Assembly (NCBI GenBank): GCA_965637545.1
Contig: OZ281495.1
Span: 32,612,001-32,676,000 of the forward strand
Direction: 5' to 3'
Origin: Phallusia mammillata
Lineage: Eukaryota
Length of the DNA: 64,000 nt
Below the pieces are notes generated by a model, which was not told where the DNA came from, did no database searches, and saw nothing but the letters and a program-made list of their open reading frames with translations. Of the stretch, positions 34,601 through 45,999 are shown piece by piece. Within the stretch, counting starts at the first letter, position 1. Each line of letters begins with the position of its first letter. A program made the position numbers and the translations under genes.

Positions 34601-35524
34601 ACTTGATTTCAATATTTACTGGAGCTAAAAGTTTGCTTAAAACGATCATTCGATTATCACTTAAAAAACATGATAGATTTTCACCGACCTGCATAAGATT
34701 GTTCCTCATATCGATAGAGACGTTGCCTTTTGATAAACACGTGATCAACTCCCGCGTTAACACCTCGTCGCCCTTGGCAACCGCAATGTGCAAAGGTCTG
34801 TGTGACACAACAATGGAAGCATTGTTACAAGCCGCCATGAATGCAACTTACTCCACAATGCCGTGATAAAAATAGTTTAGGATTGAAATCGGGATGGAAT
34901 CTTGCAAAGGTATTTTTTAGTTACACTGGATGGCGGATAGTAAATAAAATATTGGAATTTTTAAAGGAAGCTAATAAGATCCTGCTCTAAACTTGAATTA
35001 TGTTCTTTCTATTCCGTTTGGTCTGTTTAAATAATATCATTACCTTAGAGAGTTTTTTCCTACCTAACGTAACATGAAGGTAACTTATTTAAGATGATAA
35101 AATATATAAATCACCACATGTGGCATTTAACGTGCAAAAAATGTAGAAAACGCTGGGCAAATATGTAATACAAGATATACAACATGGACGAACAAACTTA
35201 GTTTATTAACAAAATGCTGACAAACCAAAGCAACCAAATCAGATCGTTAACTATTTCAACTTGTGTTAAATGTATATTGCAGGATTCAGTCTGAACTGTT
35301 AAGGAAAAGTTAAAACTTTTTACAACTTTTTCTAAACTACACATAACTTACGTGTCTCCGTCCTCGTCACGTCTCACTGCCCACTGCAGTCGGGCCTGTG
35401 TTTCGTCACAATGTGCATTGGGATGTTGCGGTAATTTCGAACGCATTAACTGTTCGTAATAATAGAGTTGGATTGACTTGAGGAAGGCCTCTGATTGGTT
35501 GAGGGATGGGGGAGATTTGGCCAT
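16644..35524 (-). CDS. Bcl3-like atypical IkB ankyrin-repeat protein with a long Ser/Pro/Thr-rich C-terminal tail (~1093 aa, or 1102 with the optional micro-exon)
   Basis: Exons: 35352-35524, 34689-34797, 32973-33186, 25121-25209, 20663-20740, 20151-20363, 19374-20084, 18812-19085, (18590-18616), 18139-18502, 17225-18059, 16644-16865. Phases are consistent. The ankyrin series is DEDGDTPLHIAVAKGD...IDMRNNLMQTPFHIAVIT...DRYGNNGVHLAVQ...KNLDGFAPMHLAAQ...GADVNILDNKGGVSPIVLA...LGANPNLRTTYGETASQVA, which follows the Bcl3/IkB pattern. The donor at 18811 is weak, and the start codon is inferred from an upstream in-frame stop. Confidence 0.8.
16890..17200 (-). repeat. Partial copy of the Helentron-like repeat in the last intron of the Bcl3-like gene
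   Basis: Contains the GGGGGCCTGTGGGTGAAC.GCTGGGTCAT..GGGGTCAAAC...GAAGCACTCTTTCTTGACCAAACGCG...CCAGCGTTAGACAGAAAAAA block also seen at 1500-1660 and 24780-24940. Confidence 0.75.
19629..19670. repeat. Exact in-frame 21-bp tandem duplication (SSHPANL x2) in a coding exon
   Basis: CAAGTTTGCAGGATGACTCGA occurs twice. Confidence 0.9.
21452..23510. mobile_element. CACTA/EnSpm (CMC)-like non-autonomous DNA transposon
   Basis: Termini are CACTAGAA...TTCTAGTG with ~35-bp imperfect TIRs. About 200 bp of inverted subterminal AACAC(A/G)C repeats lie at each end, and TA flanks both sides. Confidence 0.8.
23821..24993 (-). mobile_element. Helentron/Helitron2-like repeat, copy B, with an internal ~310-bp tandem duplication
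   Basis: Same termini as 654-1710: CTAG at 23821, ATGGGTCCCC at 23936-23945, and GTCCCCTT..AAGGGGACCCATAA at the right end. The internal block is present twice (~24300-24625 and ~24626-24930). Confidence 0.65.
26786..27040. repeat. Compound minisatellite of 20-bp and 15-bp units
   Basis: Nine GAATACCAGTTTACCACCAC-type units are interspersed with four GAATACCAGACTAAC-type units. Confidence 0.9.
34403..34527 (+). ncRNA. Minimal hammerhead ribozyme motif within a 45-bp-arm inverted repeat (Penelope-like element remnant)
   Basis: CTGATGA (34455-34461)-A-GACG-A-CCT-GTAT-AGG-A-CGTC-GAA-ACGT-C (34490). Arms 34403-34447 and 34483-34527 are reverse complements with 1 mismatch. Confidence 0.7.
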
Positions 35525-35819
35525 TGTTGTGTGACGTCACTGCGCAGTGGTTGCGCGCGCATAAAAAAGAGGAAGGTTTACTTATTACAAATGTACAATC
35601 ATTGCCTACAGGGTCGCTGCAATGGAAATGAAATCTACTAAATAAGAGAGGTCATGAAAACCATGAAAAGACAATTGTACTGACAGACTATACTAATTTA
35701 CATAAGACTCTGAATTCTGAGTTTTATTGGTTGATTTAGAGGTTTTAACTAACACCAAAAAGCCCTTTTCAATGCTAACATAAGAAATACATAAACTGGT
35801 CATTATGAGGTCAGGGTAT

Positions 35820-35912
35820 AATGTTTATAGATCAATCAAAGTTTAATCACCAAAAACTTGCACCAATGCTCTCATTTTGCTGCACCGATTTTAGAGCGGT
35901 GAGTTTACTAAC
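35820..35912. repeat. Dispersed ~100-bp repeat with a second copy at ~38914-39010
   Basis: AATGTTTATAGAT...TTTAATCACCAAAAACTTGCACC...TTTTGCTGC...CCGATT.TAGAGCGG.GAGTTTA is shared by both copies. Confidence 0.75.
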
Positions 35913-36293
35913 ATAAGTGCTTTTCAATACTAACAAAAGAATAAGGAATACAGTAACTAGTAATCTTTGGCAAAAGACCTATGAACTATGCAAGCTTTTG
36001 GTAAATTTGTAAACGTCAAAGTCAACGACACAAATCTTTATACATGTGTTTCAAAATCAAAATCAGCTTCCAAAGAATGGTATTGACAAAACCTGATCGC
36101 GGTGAGCTTCAATCAAAACAGTAGCATTAACAATCACTAGCTAAAAAAAGTGTCACAAAAATCGTCATAAAATCCTCGTCACAAGAAAAGACAACAAAAC
36201 AAAACTCCTTTTGTATGGAACCTTCGGTGGAAATGTTCAGTCTTATATGAATAAACTACCTGATGATGTTACTCCCTTCAAATACACACAATA

Positions 36294-36303
36294 GGGACAT
36301 TCC
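36294..36303 (+). promoter_or_regulatory. kB consensus site GGGACATTCC, ~770 bp upstream of the Bcl3-like start codon
   Basis: Matches GGGRNWYYCC; function not shown. Confidence 0.4.
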
Positions 36304-36918
36304 AAAGAAAACATCACCCATTGTTACGCAACAACGATACAAAGCTCATGCCGACGCGCACGTTCTAACCTAATTCTACAACTGACAATGAAACCGGAAT
36401 GCGGGATGACGTTGTAGATAAACGTCACTTCACATTTTAAGGTGTTTGAATCGTTGTGAAAAACTCGACTTCTGACGGTGGGGATTTTATGAAACTTTTG
36501 TCATGAGCGCTGTGACGACGACAAATACCTTTATTGTGACGCAACAAACGCAGTTGTTTTAAGACGGTTTTAGAATCGTTAGTTGTTAATTCTGATTCAG
36601 TCGTAAACCTATCTTGACCTCAAGCACATTTTGATGGGAATATAAATAGCACAGCTGAGGCGTCGCGGTGTAGGTGGGTCGGTCGTCCATAGCAACAAGG
36701 CGATTCTCAACACACACAATCAGAAACATTGGCTATTCTCCAGTGTGTTGTTGGGAATAACTTCGCTCCCCAGAGTAACCAGAACCGTTGCATACGTGGC
36801 TCAGAAAGAATTTGGAGTTCAACAACAAACTGTTTGCTACAAAATCACGTACACTTTCAGAAATATATTGAAAGCAACAAAAACACAAGAAATGGTACTC
36901 CCTTTTTCATGTCCTTTC

Positions 36919-37098
36919 CGGTAGTGGGATTCAGCCGGTTCGCACCGGTTCTACAGAACCGTCTCACGAGATTTTATGAGATCAGCGATCCGGTTAGCAT
37001 TACTGGTTAATGCCAATGGACTTTTTGTAACAGAACCGGGTGAAAAATACGACCTTTTTGATAGAACCGGCCGACAAAAAAAATGAATCCCACCACTG
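36919..37098. mobile_element. hAT MITE
   Basis: TIR C(G/A)GT(A/G)GTGGGATTCA; exact TSD GTCCTTTC (36911-36918 and 37099-37106). Confidence 0.85.
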
Positions 37099-40000
37099 GT
37101 CCTTTCAAATCAAATTGTTAAAAATACAAAACGGCATACCATGTCAGAACATTGAAACCAGCGTACAGTATAGTTTCACTCGACACCGTTCGTAACGGAC
37201 GAACGGCCAGACGACGCACTCTATAAAAATGCTGTCGTGTTCAAGCACTCCTTAAATCATACGCTGCTCTTTATTTCTTTCTCAAGGTAAAATTTAACAT
37301 ATATTTGTTTGAACAAATACAATATTATTAACTAAGGTACGAATTTTGGCGCCATTTTCAGTTAAGCTAATTGTCTAGATTTCTGATGCTATCTCAGCTA
37401 AATCTCACAACTAAAATAAATTTTCAAAAAAAATACGCATTTAATAGCCTTCAATAAGGTGTTTGTGATGTCAGAATCAAGCAAATAGTCCCTGGTGCTT
37501 CACCGTTTTATTCTCAAACTTTCCCACAGAAGCAGAATTCCCCTAAAAGCGCGGCGTGGCTGCTGACTGGCCTCGACGTTACAACTGCGACGATTTCAGT
37601 CGCAGCGTAATTGGAGAAAAGGCATCGAGCCCGACTGGCACTGTACGACTCGACTCCACCTTGGTGAAAATTCACCGCCTCAAAAACGCGTCGGAAACGA
37701 AAATAGACGTGCTGGGTTGGGTTCCGTATAATTCTTCTCTTAGACGTTTAGTTCCGTAAAAAGCCCCACCTATTACTGAATGTAGTGAATAAAACGTTTG
37801 CCATTTTAAGAACTCCGTATAAAGGTCACTTTATATTGAGAACTAAACTGCTGGCAAACGCCCGATTAAAAACGCTTTTGTACTTTTTTACTCGGCTTTT
37901 AAACTTTTTCAGCGTGTCACCAACCCTTAAAAAATCGTAAGTGCACTTCAAGCACTTAAAAAGGAATTCAAATAGTCTGCAGTCCAAGGTACAAATTGTA
38001 ATAAATCGTGTTCAACAACAAAAAACTACATGTAAAAGCCGTGACTGCTTCAAACACAAGCGTTTATGATGAAACAACAGCAGGCCAGGTGAACTGGGAA
38101 ACAAGTTTTAAGCTTTTCCTCTTAAACTTTTTACTGGTATCGCCCAAAATTAAACATTCTCGTCACTATGTCAATTGTGACGTTGCAAAGGCTTTTGTTT
38201 GTAGTAGAACGCCAAACACACAAGAAGCCAGTCACGGGCCAACGCACGACAATATAACATTTACTGCAATTGGTTTAAGCTGCTGTCGTTAAGTGCCTTT
38301 TACGAGACCGCAAAGCAAAACATTTTTGAACCAGCAATCCCACGTACAACTGGTCAAATGTAACCTCTAACTGCAGATCGCTGGACATTGCTTAAAACAT
38401 ACACCGCTTTCAGCAAGTTTATCAATACCTTTTTCAATCTACAAGTTACATAATATTATAACTGTGTTGATACTAAACTACGCAACCCGTGGTCTAACAC
38501 TTGACATGAATTCAAACAGTTCAATGACAATTTAACTGCTACCATACCAAGGTGAACGAAATGAAATCGCAGGCTTTCCAGCAATTCATTGAACTCGGCT
38601 GCAGACAGAGAGGGACAGCAGAGCTGACATATAAAAACCGCGCACACACACTGCGCACCCAGTTACCAATCCACGACCACTCCACACACATGCTTCTGAA
38701 TCCTCGAAACGGTTTGACCTACACAATCGCGGCAAGGGCTCGACGCGTCACGACGAATGCTCGTTGGAGCGTATCCAACGTCATAATGCAAGAGCTCCTC
38801 TTTGCTCCTCTCACTCCCACTCCCGGCGCCTCGTGCTTGGAAAGCATTGATGAGGAACTTACATGCTGCCTGACAGTGAGAGGCACAAGTTTTGCATTAT
38901 AAGGGCACGGTGTAATGTTTATAGATTGCCGGTTAGGTTTAATCACCAAAAACTTGCACCGACGCTCTTATTTTGCTGCTGAAACCGATTCTAGAGCGGC
39001 GAGTTTATGAACAGACGCGGTATTTATTCCGATTTCGAACCAACTGTCAACCCCAATTTAATTCGTTTGGAGTTTCATTCGTTGCTATTTGTGTTTTCTT
39101 GTGTAACTGTTACAAACGAATGTTTTCTGGATAAGTTAAGTTCACAAACAAATATCAAACCCAAAAGGTGATGAGACATAAAAAAAATGTAACTGCTTTC
39201 GTGTCTCAACAATACGGACAGATCAAACTGCACGGATGTAGCCACTACCACCACTGGCTCACTAAAACCTGCCAATTCTTGTCAAACCTGAACCAAACTC
39301 ATCACAGATGTAAAACTCATATGCTGAATAAATTCAATTGCTTTCACGATTATTTTCTGAATTACGCGATGATTGTCGCCGTCACGTTTCAAGTTTCAGA
39401 ACTTCAACGCAAAATTTATGAAGTTATTTAAAGCGAATCTCCAAATTTGAAACGGACCAAATCTTGTGCTGAAAACTTTCCATAGGCTCAAAAAAATATG
39501 TAACCGGTAACTCCTAACGCTGAAAAACATCACCACAAAAATGTCTGACCAACTTCTTCAACTGCTGAACATTATACAGAGGTAGGGACGAGTTTGAACG
39601 CTTTGCATGGACATGAGTTGGCGTCGTTAAAACGTTAGTTGTGCTGCGTAGCAAGTTAGGAGAGACCGGACGCTATGCAAAACACATCAGTATGGGAGAG
39701 TCCTGGCTGTTCAGTTCACCGCTTACAAACCCACCACAAGATTTTTCCGAAACCCGCTCTTCGCAGAAGCTTGTAAACTCAGCAAGTGCGATTTGCAACG
39801 TTTTTATGCTCGAAGTGTAAAAACATGTTACAAATTTACTAAGGCTGAAAATTGTTTTCGTGTGACAACCTCTACGCGTCCGAAAAAAAATGCTAAACGC
39901 TGTTGTTATTGTTCGCAGTTATTTGGTCTGTTTGTTGAGTTTGAGACTGTTTTAAATATCAGACTTAAATGTCATAAATTTGTTGCATGCTTAAATACAA

Positions 40001-40688
40001 ATTTTTGTTAAAAATGCTTAAATACAGTTGGATGTTAGTAAAATGTACTTTTTTTGATCGTCTGTGAAAACAAATGGTTTATAATCGTAAAAATGTTGCA
40101 CAAAAAACTGTCTAAAATGCACAGATTTAAGTAAATGATTTTGCACATAAATTTTGCATGATCATTGTTACACACAAACCTGTGAACAGCAAAACCGCTG
40201 AAAAAACTGTTTCTAACGCGACGAAATAGCAAGGTCGATATTTATTGGGGGATCCTGTAAAATGCAAAGAGGCGCGAACACCTTTGGGAATCGAATTACT
40301 GGACCAAGTTGACAAGGCGTGCGACGTCACCAAGGTAGAAAGGATGAGGTGATGTAAGGGTTGTGGCGTTAATGGCACGAGGTTCTAGAGTTTATCTGAT
40401 GGGGTTGAAATGGTGACACTTCATGTCAACGATACCCCTACTATCACAAGCCACATTATTCTGACGATACTGACCATGCTGTAAAAGCGAAATATGTATA
40501 TCTTTGAAAGCAAGTGAGTGAACGACTGTTGTTGTTTTTTTGAACTTACATCTATTGCTATAAGGCTTTTTAGTCTTCATCCACCAAGCAACGGACTGGG
40601 TGATTCCAGCTTTAAGTTTCAATTACGAGTATTGCCACGTTATTCAATCGAAATTTTTAATCAACAAAGGGGCTTTTGATGAGGATAA

Positions 40689-40698
40689 GGGACTTTCC
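40689..40698 (+). promoter_or_regulatory. Canonical kB site GGGACTTTCC
   Basis: Identical to the classical Ig-kappa NF-kB element; lies ~5.2 kb upstream of the Bcl3-like ATG. Confidence 0.45.
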
Positions 40699-43600
40699 CG
40701 GTAGAGTACACGAAAGGCAAGCGATTCAAACTAAAATTCCTTGGCGTTCGAAAGTAACATGGAGTTTTGTTCCAGGGAAAAATTTATGTTTCCTTTTAAT
40801 CAGTTTCTATTCTCTGTATAGTTTGGCAATAAGTCTGTATCACGAGTCCGACATAGATAACCATCTTTGGAAATGATTACAAGGTTTAAACGTAGAGAAA
40901 CATAGATGTGTTTTATTCTTGTTATTCTGTCCAACAGACAAAGGTGATTTACTCGCGCAAACACATTTCAAGTTTACAAGTAGCCCTTCCTATTGACGTT
41001 ACCGCTTCCCGACGTGTGTAGGGTGAAAACACACGTGATGACTCGGGCACGCAAATAACATAATTCCCATTCCCTCCGCGTCATCTGTAAGCCCACAATT
41101 CCATAGCGCGCAAGTTTAAGTTCACGCGTATTCGGTCGCTCGAATGTTCAATGACACGTGCCGATGTGAAGTCAAGCAGAATCTTTGATGAGTCACAACG
41201 CGCTAGTATACGGAAGTTCATACGCATATTTTACGAAGCATTTCGCCTACGTGAAAAAAATGTTGGTTGAGTTTTGCGAAACGCCTACGTAGGCGTCGAA
41301 AGGGTAATCACCCGTAACGTGAATGTGCATTGTTGCGTAACAATTGGGCTTGTCCCTACCCGACACGGGCAGGCCCCTGTTGTATGCGAGACGGCGGCGT
41401 TTCTGCGTCATCGCATGTACGATCTGTCCCTGCCCGTCGCCCAAACCAAACCTGATCAATCTATTCCAGTACAAGAACGATGTAAAAGTTACTATGCATG
41501 CGGTCGCAAATTTGCTACAACAACAAACTTCGACGTGTCATTAAAACTTCTGGCCTTGGTGATTGATTTAGTGCTATTGTGTGGCCATGTTTTCTTTCAC
41601 CAAGCAAATAAACTCAACTCAAACATTTCATTCCGTTGCTTTTCCGCTTTCGATTTGCCAAAACTTCGAAAAAATATGGTTGTGTAACGTTTGGCCTATT
41701 AACAAACATGTTTTGGTAATGTATTGGACGTTTTTAATATCGTTTGAAATCAAAAATCTAAGCATTAAAGTTTACATAGCAGAATGAGCCAGAATGTTTT
41801 TCGCAGCGAATGTTAATTCCTAAATTCAAAGCGGGAAAAACAAGCGACCACGTGACAAACTTTCACGAAAACTTGTCGTAAGTTAAACATTTTGCTCACT
41901 GTTAGGGCCTTTAAGTCCACAAACCCATTGTTGTTCGACCTAAAGCACTGTGACTCAACACAGAGCGTTTGTTAGCTCATCATGACTCAAAAATCCACCC
42001 TCAGCAGTTTACAAATCTTTTCAGTTCCACGGTTCAAAATCTTCTTAGGTTTACTTTAAACGCTAAAAATTAAACCAAATATAACTTGGAAAACCTTTTG
42101 TCCGCCGCATTACCAAAAACAAAATCATGTCACGACGAAATTGTTGCTTTTTAACCTCAAGAACTAAGAAACTTTTCAATTAATTTTAAATACCTGAATT
42201 CATAAAAACCTTCACAGAAAGTGCCACCAACCACGGCATCTTACTTTTGCTTCAAGGCAAATTGTGAAATTGCGCTGCGGTCAGAACCTTGTAGCCCAAG
42301 CAAAATATTGTGACGCGACAATCACTTCCGTCTGTTCTAAGTTACGAAATAATACCTAGAAACACTATGCTTAGAAAGTAATTTAAAAAAAACATTACTG
42401 CCAGAGTGCTGGTGTCTATAGAGCACATCATGCAGACGTTTCAACAATCGCTGTTGTCATCGTCAGTGCAGGTTTTAAATCGAGCTAGAACCGGGTTTAT
42501 ATAACCACTTGGAACTGTGGCAGTTATGTTTTTGAAAATACCGAACAAGCGTTTCGTCCACCAGGTTGCATATTTAACAAATTTATCGTCCAACTGCTTT
42601 ATTGCTAAACAAAATACTAGTTGTTTTTCCAAGAACTTGTAGTTACGTTTTTTTTATGAAATAATCCCTTCTACTGACACAGCAACAAACTTCATCTGTT
42701 CCTCGATTTCCACACAACAGCAGAACACAACAGGAACTAATCATTTTACTGAAACTTCCGACACCCGAAGGCAGACGCCAATAAATAGCAGTTTGCGAAC
42801 GGGGAAGGACTGTAGAGCTTCCCAACCCTGGGGCGGTGTTTTACCATTGCACTGCACAACTCGAACCTATACTCGCGAACCCACAGTCGACCGAACCGTA
42901 CGCGCGGTTTCGTTGCCTCGAAATTCAACTGCGTATCGCGGGAACGTCTCCGGTTCTCCACGCTTGGGGAAGGCCGGCGAACATATTAGACGTTTTCTGT
43001 TTCGGTTTTGATTGTTGTTCGACAAATTTCATGCGTCGTATAATTTCCCAACGACAATGTGATTAGCGATTAGGGTTTAATCAATGTTTGTTGACAAACA
43101 CTTGACAACGTCGCGAAATTCTGCACGCGTTCTGTCCCTAAGCCAAGGGAAGCGAAAGTCACCAACATAACAAAGTGGAAATATTAGAAACACCAGACAC
43201 AGACTTTTGATCCGCAACAAAACTGCCAGAAAATTTTCGTGCAGTAAATAATTTGTACTGACGACGTTTTAGCCATCGCTGCAGTTCACTACAATTAAAT
43301 TTTATCCCAATTCTTTTGCACCTAAGTTCATACCCTAAAAATACGAAGTTTACAAAATATAAGGGAAGACACAACCATATGATTTTAAGCACATGGAATA
43401 TTTTTAAGTAAATGGTTTAAAAACGTGAAATTTAAGAAATATAACTTAAGAAAACAAAACCATATGATTTTAAGCACACGGAATTTTTTCTCACTTTTCG
43501 CACGACAAAATTTTTGACGAAAGTTTAACTTCTGAGTCAACAAACGTTGCCCGGTTGTTCAGGTCGCCTTCACATAATGATTGAGAAAGTGGCTTCAGGC

Positions 43601-45502
43601 GATCACGTACAAATATCACGTTGTTTAGTTTCGGTTCAAGGGGAGAAGTTCCTGAAATAATACACTGCAAACCGCTTTACCGTCACACTGTGTTATTTTT
43701 ACGCTTTTTCACTCAACTTTTATAGTTATTTTTTTGTAAAAAAAGCGACTCTTTTGAAACACTTTGAGCAATTCGATAAAAACTTTTCGATTCATGCGTG
43801 GCAAAAATTTTCTGGACAAGTTTTATGATACAATGGAATTGTTGAACTTTAATATGCAGAATACACCGCATTTTTTTAAACATTGAAAGATTCTGTGAAG
43901 TTGCTAAAAGGTTGCGATGTAAATTGGCAACGAGAAATTTACCTGATGAATTATGGTCAAACCTAATGGTCATCACATTGTTATTTGTCACAAATCCGTT
44001 TAAACTTGACTTAAACTCTTAAAATTAACGAAGTTATCAGGTGTAAGCACAAAAATTCTCCAAATTTCTACGAAAGACTCTAAGCACTTATGACGTAACA
44101 GACAATTAGCGCTTAGTTTTCTGCAAACAGAAGTTTATTCCTACGAAGATATTTTTATTGCAAGTAAATTCTAATTATATGACTTTAAAAAATAATTTAG
44201 GTAAAAGAATATTACTTCTAAAGTAAGACGTTCCACGCGAATTAAGCAATCGAAATAAAAACTCCAAATGGAATTTACCACCGTGATTTGTAGACAACTC
44301 GTTTTTAGATAAACCGCCAATACTTATTTATGTGATTCATGTCATTTGGCAGATCATTTTTTTAAATCTAAGTTAAATAAGAAATATATTTTTGTCACAT
44401 AAATATATTTTTATACGTTTAAATAGCATGCAATTTAATTTACTCATATTCTCGACATATTTTTTTAAATTCAATATGGTAAAATGACAAATACATAAAC
44501 TAAAATAAACATGGTGGGTCAAACAGTTTTAAGTTATTCAACTAACTTATATAAATTCTTTAATCAAAACAGTCATTGTTAAAATTTTGTAAAATTGGTT
44601 GCAAAAACTTAACTTATAGATAAAACAGTAGGGACTATATTTGTTCGAAAGATTTCTAAAGTTTTTGAACTGATCCCCGAACAGGAAGTAAGAGGTCTTA
44701 GCAAGTTTTGTCCTTAGTTTTAGAGCCTAAGGGCATTAATACCAGCTAATATCTACGGTGGCTCCGTCAAACAAAAGAGATTTCGTCGAAATACCGCAAC
44801 CAAGAATTCATCGCAAACCCAACTGCGCATTGATGTGGACTTTACTATTGTTTTAAGTTGATTGAATGCGGAACTACGATTGAAAATTTATCGTAACGTA
44901 AATTTATAAATTAATATTTAGAATAATTGAAAACTACCATCAATAAACCAATTGCCAGGAGTGTAGCTGAATCTTATAAAAGTGCAACTAATTTTGTTTT
45001 TTTGGCAAAAGTGAAACATTTCGCTGTGAATCTTGCATGGTATAATTTCCAACGACAACGAATCTTTTAAACATTTATTAGAAAAGACATGAGGCGAATT
45101 TGGCTTTCAACTTTTCTTCAACGAAACTACATAATTACCGATAAAACTGGTGACGTAAATAACAGGGTTAATTACGTCATCACATTAATTTACATCATAA
45201 AATTACCAAAAAAAAACTTTCTGCGCCGAATCAGTTTCAACAGTTGAAAATTCTGTCGCCCGCGGCGAAAAAGCGTATGTCTATTATTACGTCACAATTT
45301 ACCGACAGTAGCATCAAAAATTTTCCCGCTATTCGACGGAAATACCTTGCCTCCGTCATGGTAAGAGTTAGATTGTGACAAAACAGGGGAAATTATCACG
45401 GGACAATTACACTTTAATGTTGCTGCTTCGAATAAGAGGTGGTGACTCATAGATTTAACACGATTCAAATATAGTAACCAAAGCTAAAAATGTTTGTGTT
45501 TA

Positions 45503-45999
45503 AATGTATTTCTATTTTTTTGCAAGACGAGTCTGTTTTTAGCCAGATATGATTTGGTACGGTTTTTAAATAGAAAATTTACGAGTCTTATCTGTGTAAA
45601 AAATGACAAGTTTTTTTTAACTTAAAGCGAGAACATACTTGGTATAACTGCACACCACTTAGACGAAACCTTTATCTAATAAAACGTTTGTTCAGTAATT
45701 GTTCAAAGTCTTTTGAAACCAAAAGTATTTTTATCTTCTCACTGTCACCAATGCCAACTAATGTATTTCTATTTTTTGCAAAACGAGTCTATTTTTAACC
45801 AGATATGGTTTAATGCGGTTTAAAAATTTTAAATAATTTCTAATCTATGTAAAAATAAAACAATTTTGAAGAAAAACGAGTATTTAGGACAAGTGAACTT
45901 TACATCACATGGACGAAACCTTCATGTAATAAAACTTTTGCTCAGTAATGTTTCAAAGTTTCTTAAAAACAAAAAAATATTTTTATCTTCCACATGTCA
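45503..45999. repeat. Imperfect tandem duplication, ~255-bp unit
   Basis: AATGTATTTCTATTTTTTGCAA.ACGAGTCT.TTTTTA.CCAGATATG...GACGAAACCTT...TCAGTAAT..TTCAAAGT occurs twice (starts ~45503 and ~45760). Confidence 0.8.

Noticed and set aside
37220-37295. TATA-like CTATAAAAA followed by a donor-like AAG|GTAAAA (possible divergent first exon)
   Set aside because: Such motifs are expected by chance in AT-rich DNA; needs TSS data.
42643-43011. 122-codon open frame without ATG in a GC-richer patch
   Set aside because: No start codon, no convincing splice sites and no domain signature; more likely regulatory or repeat-derived.
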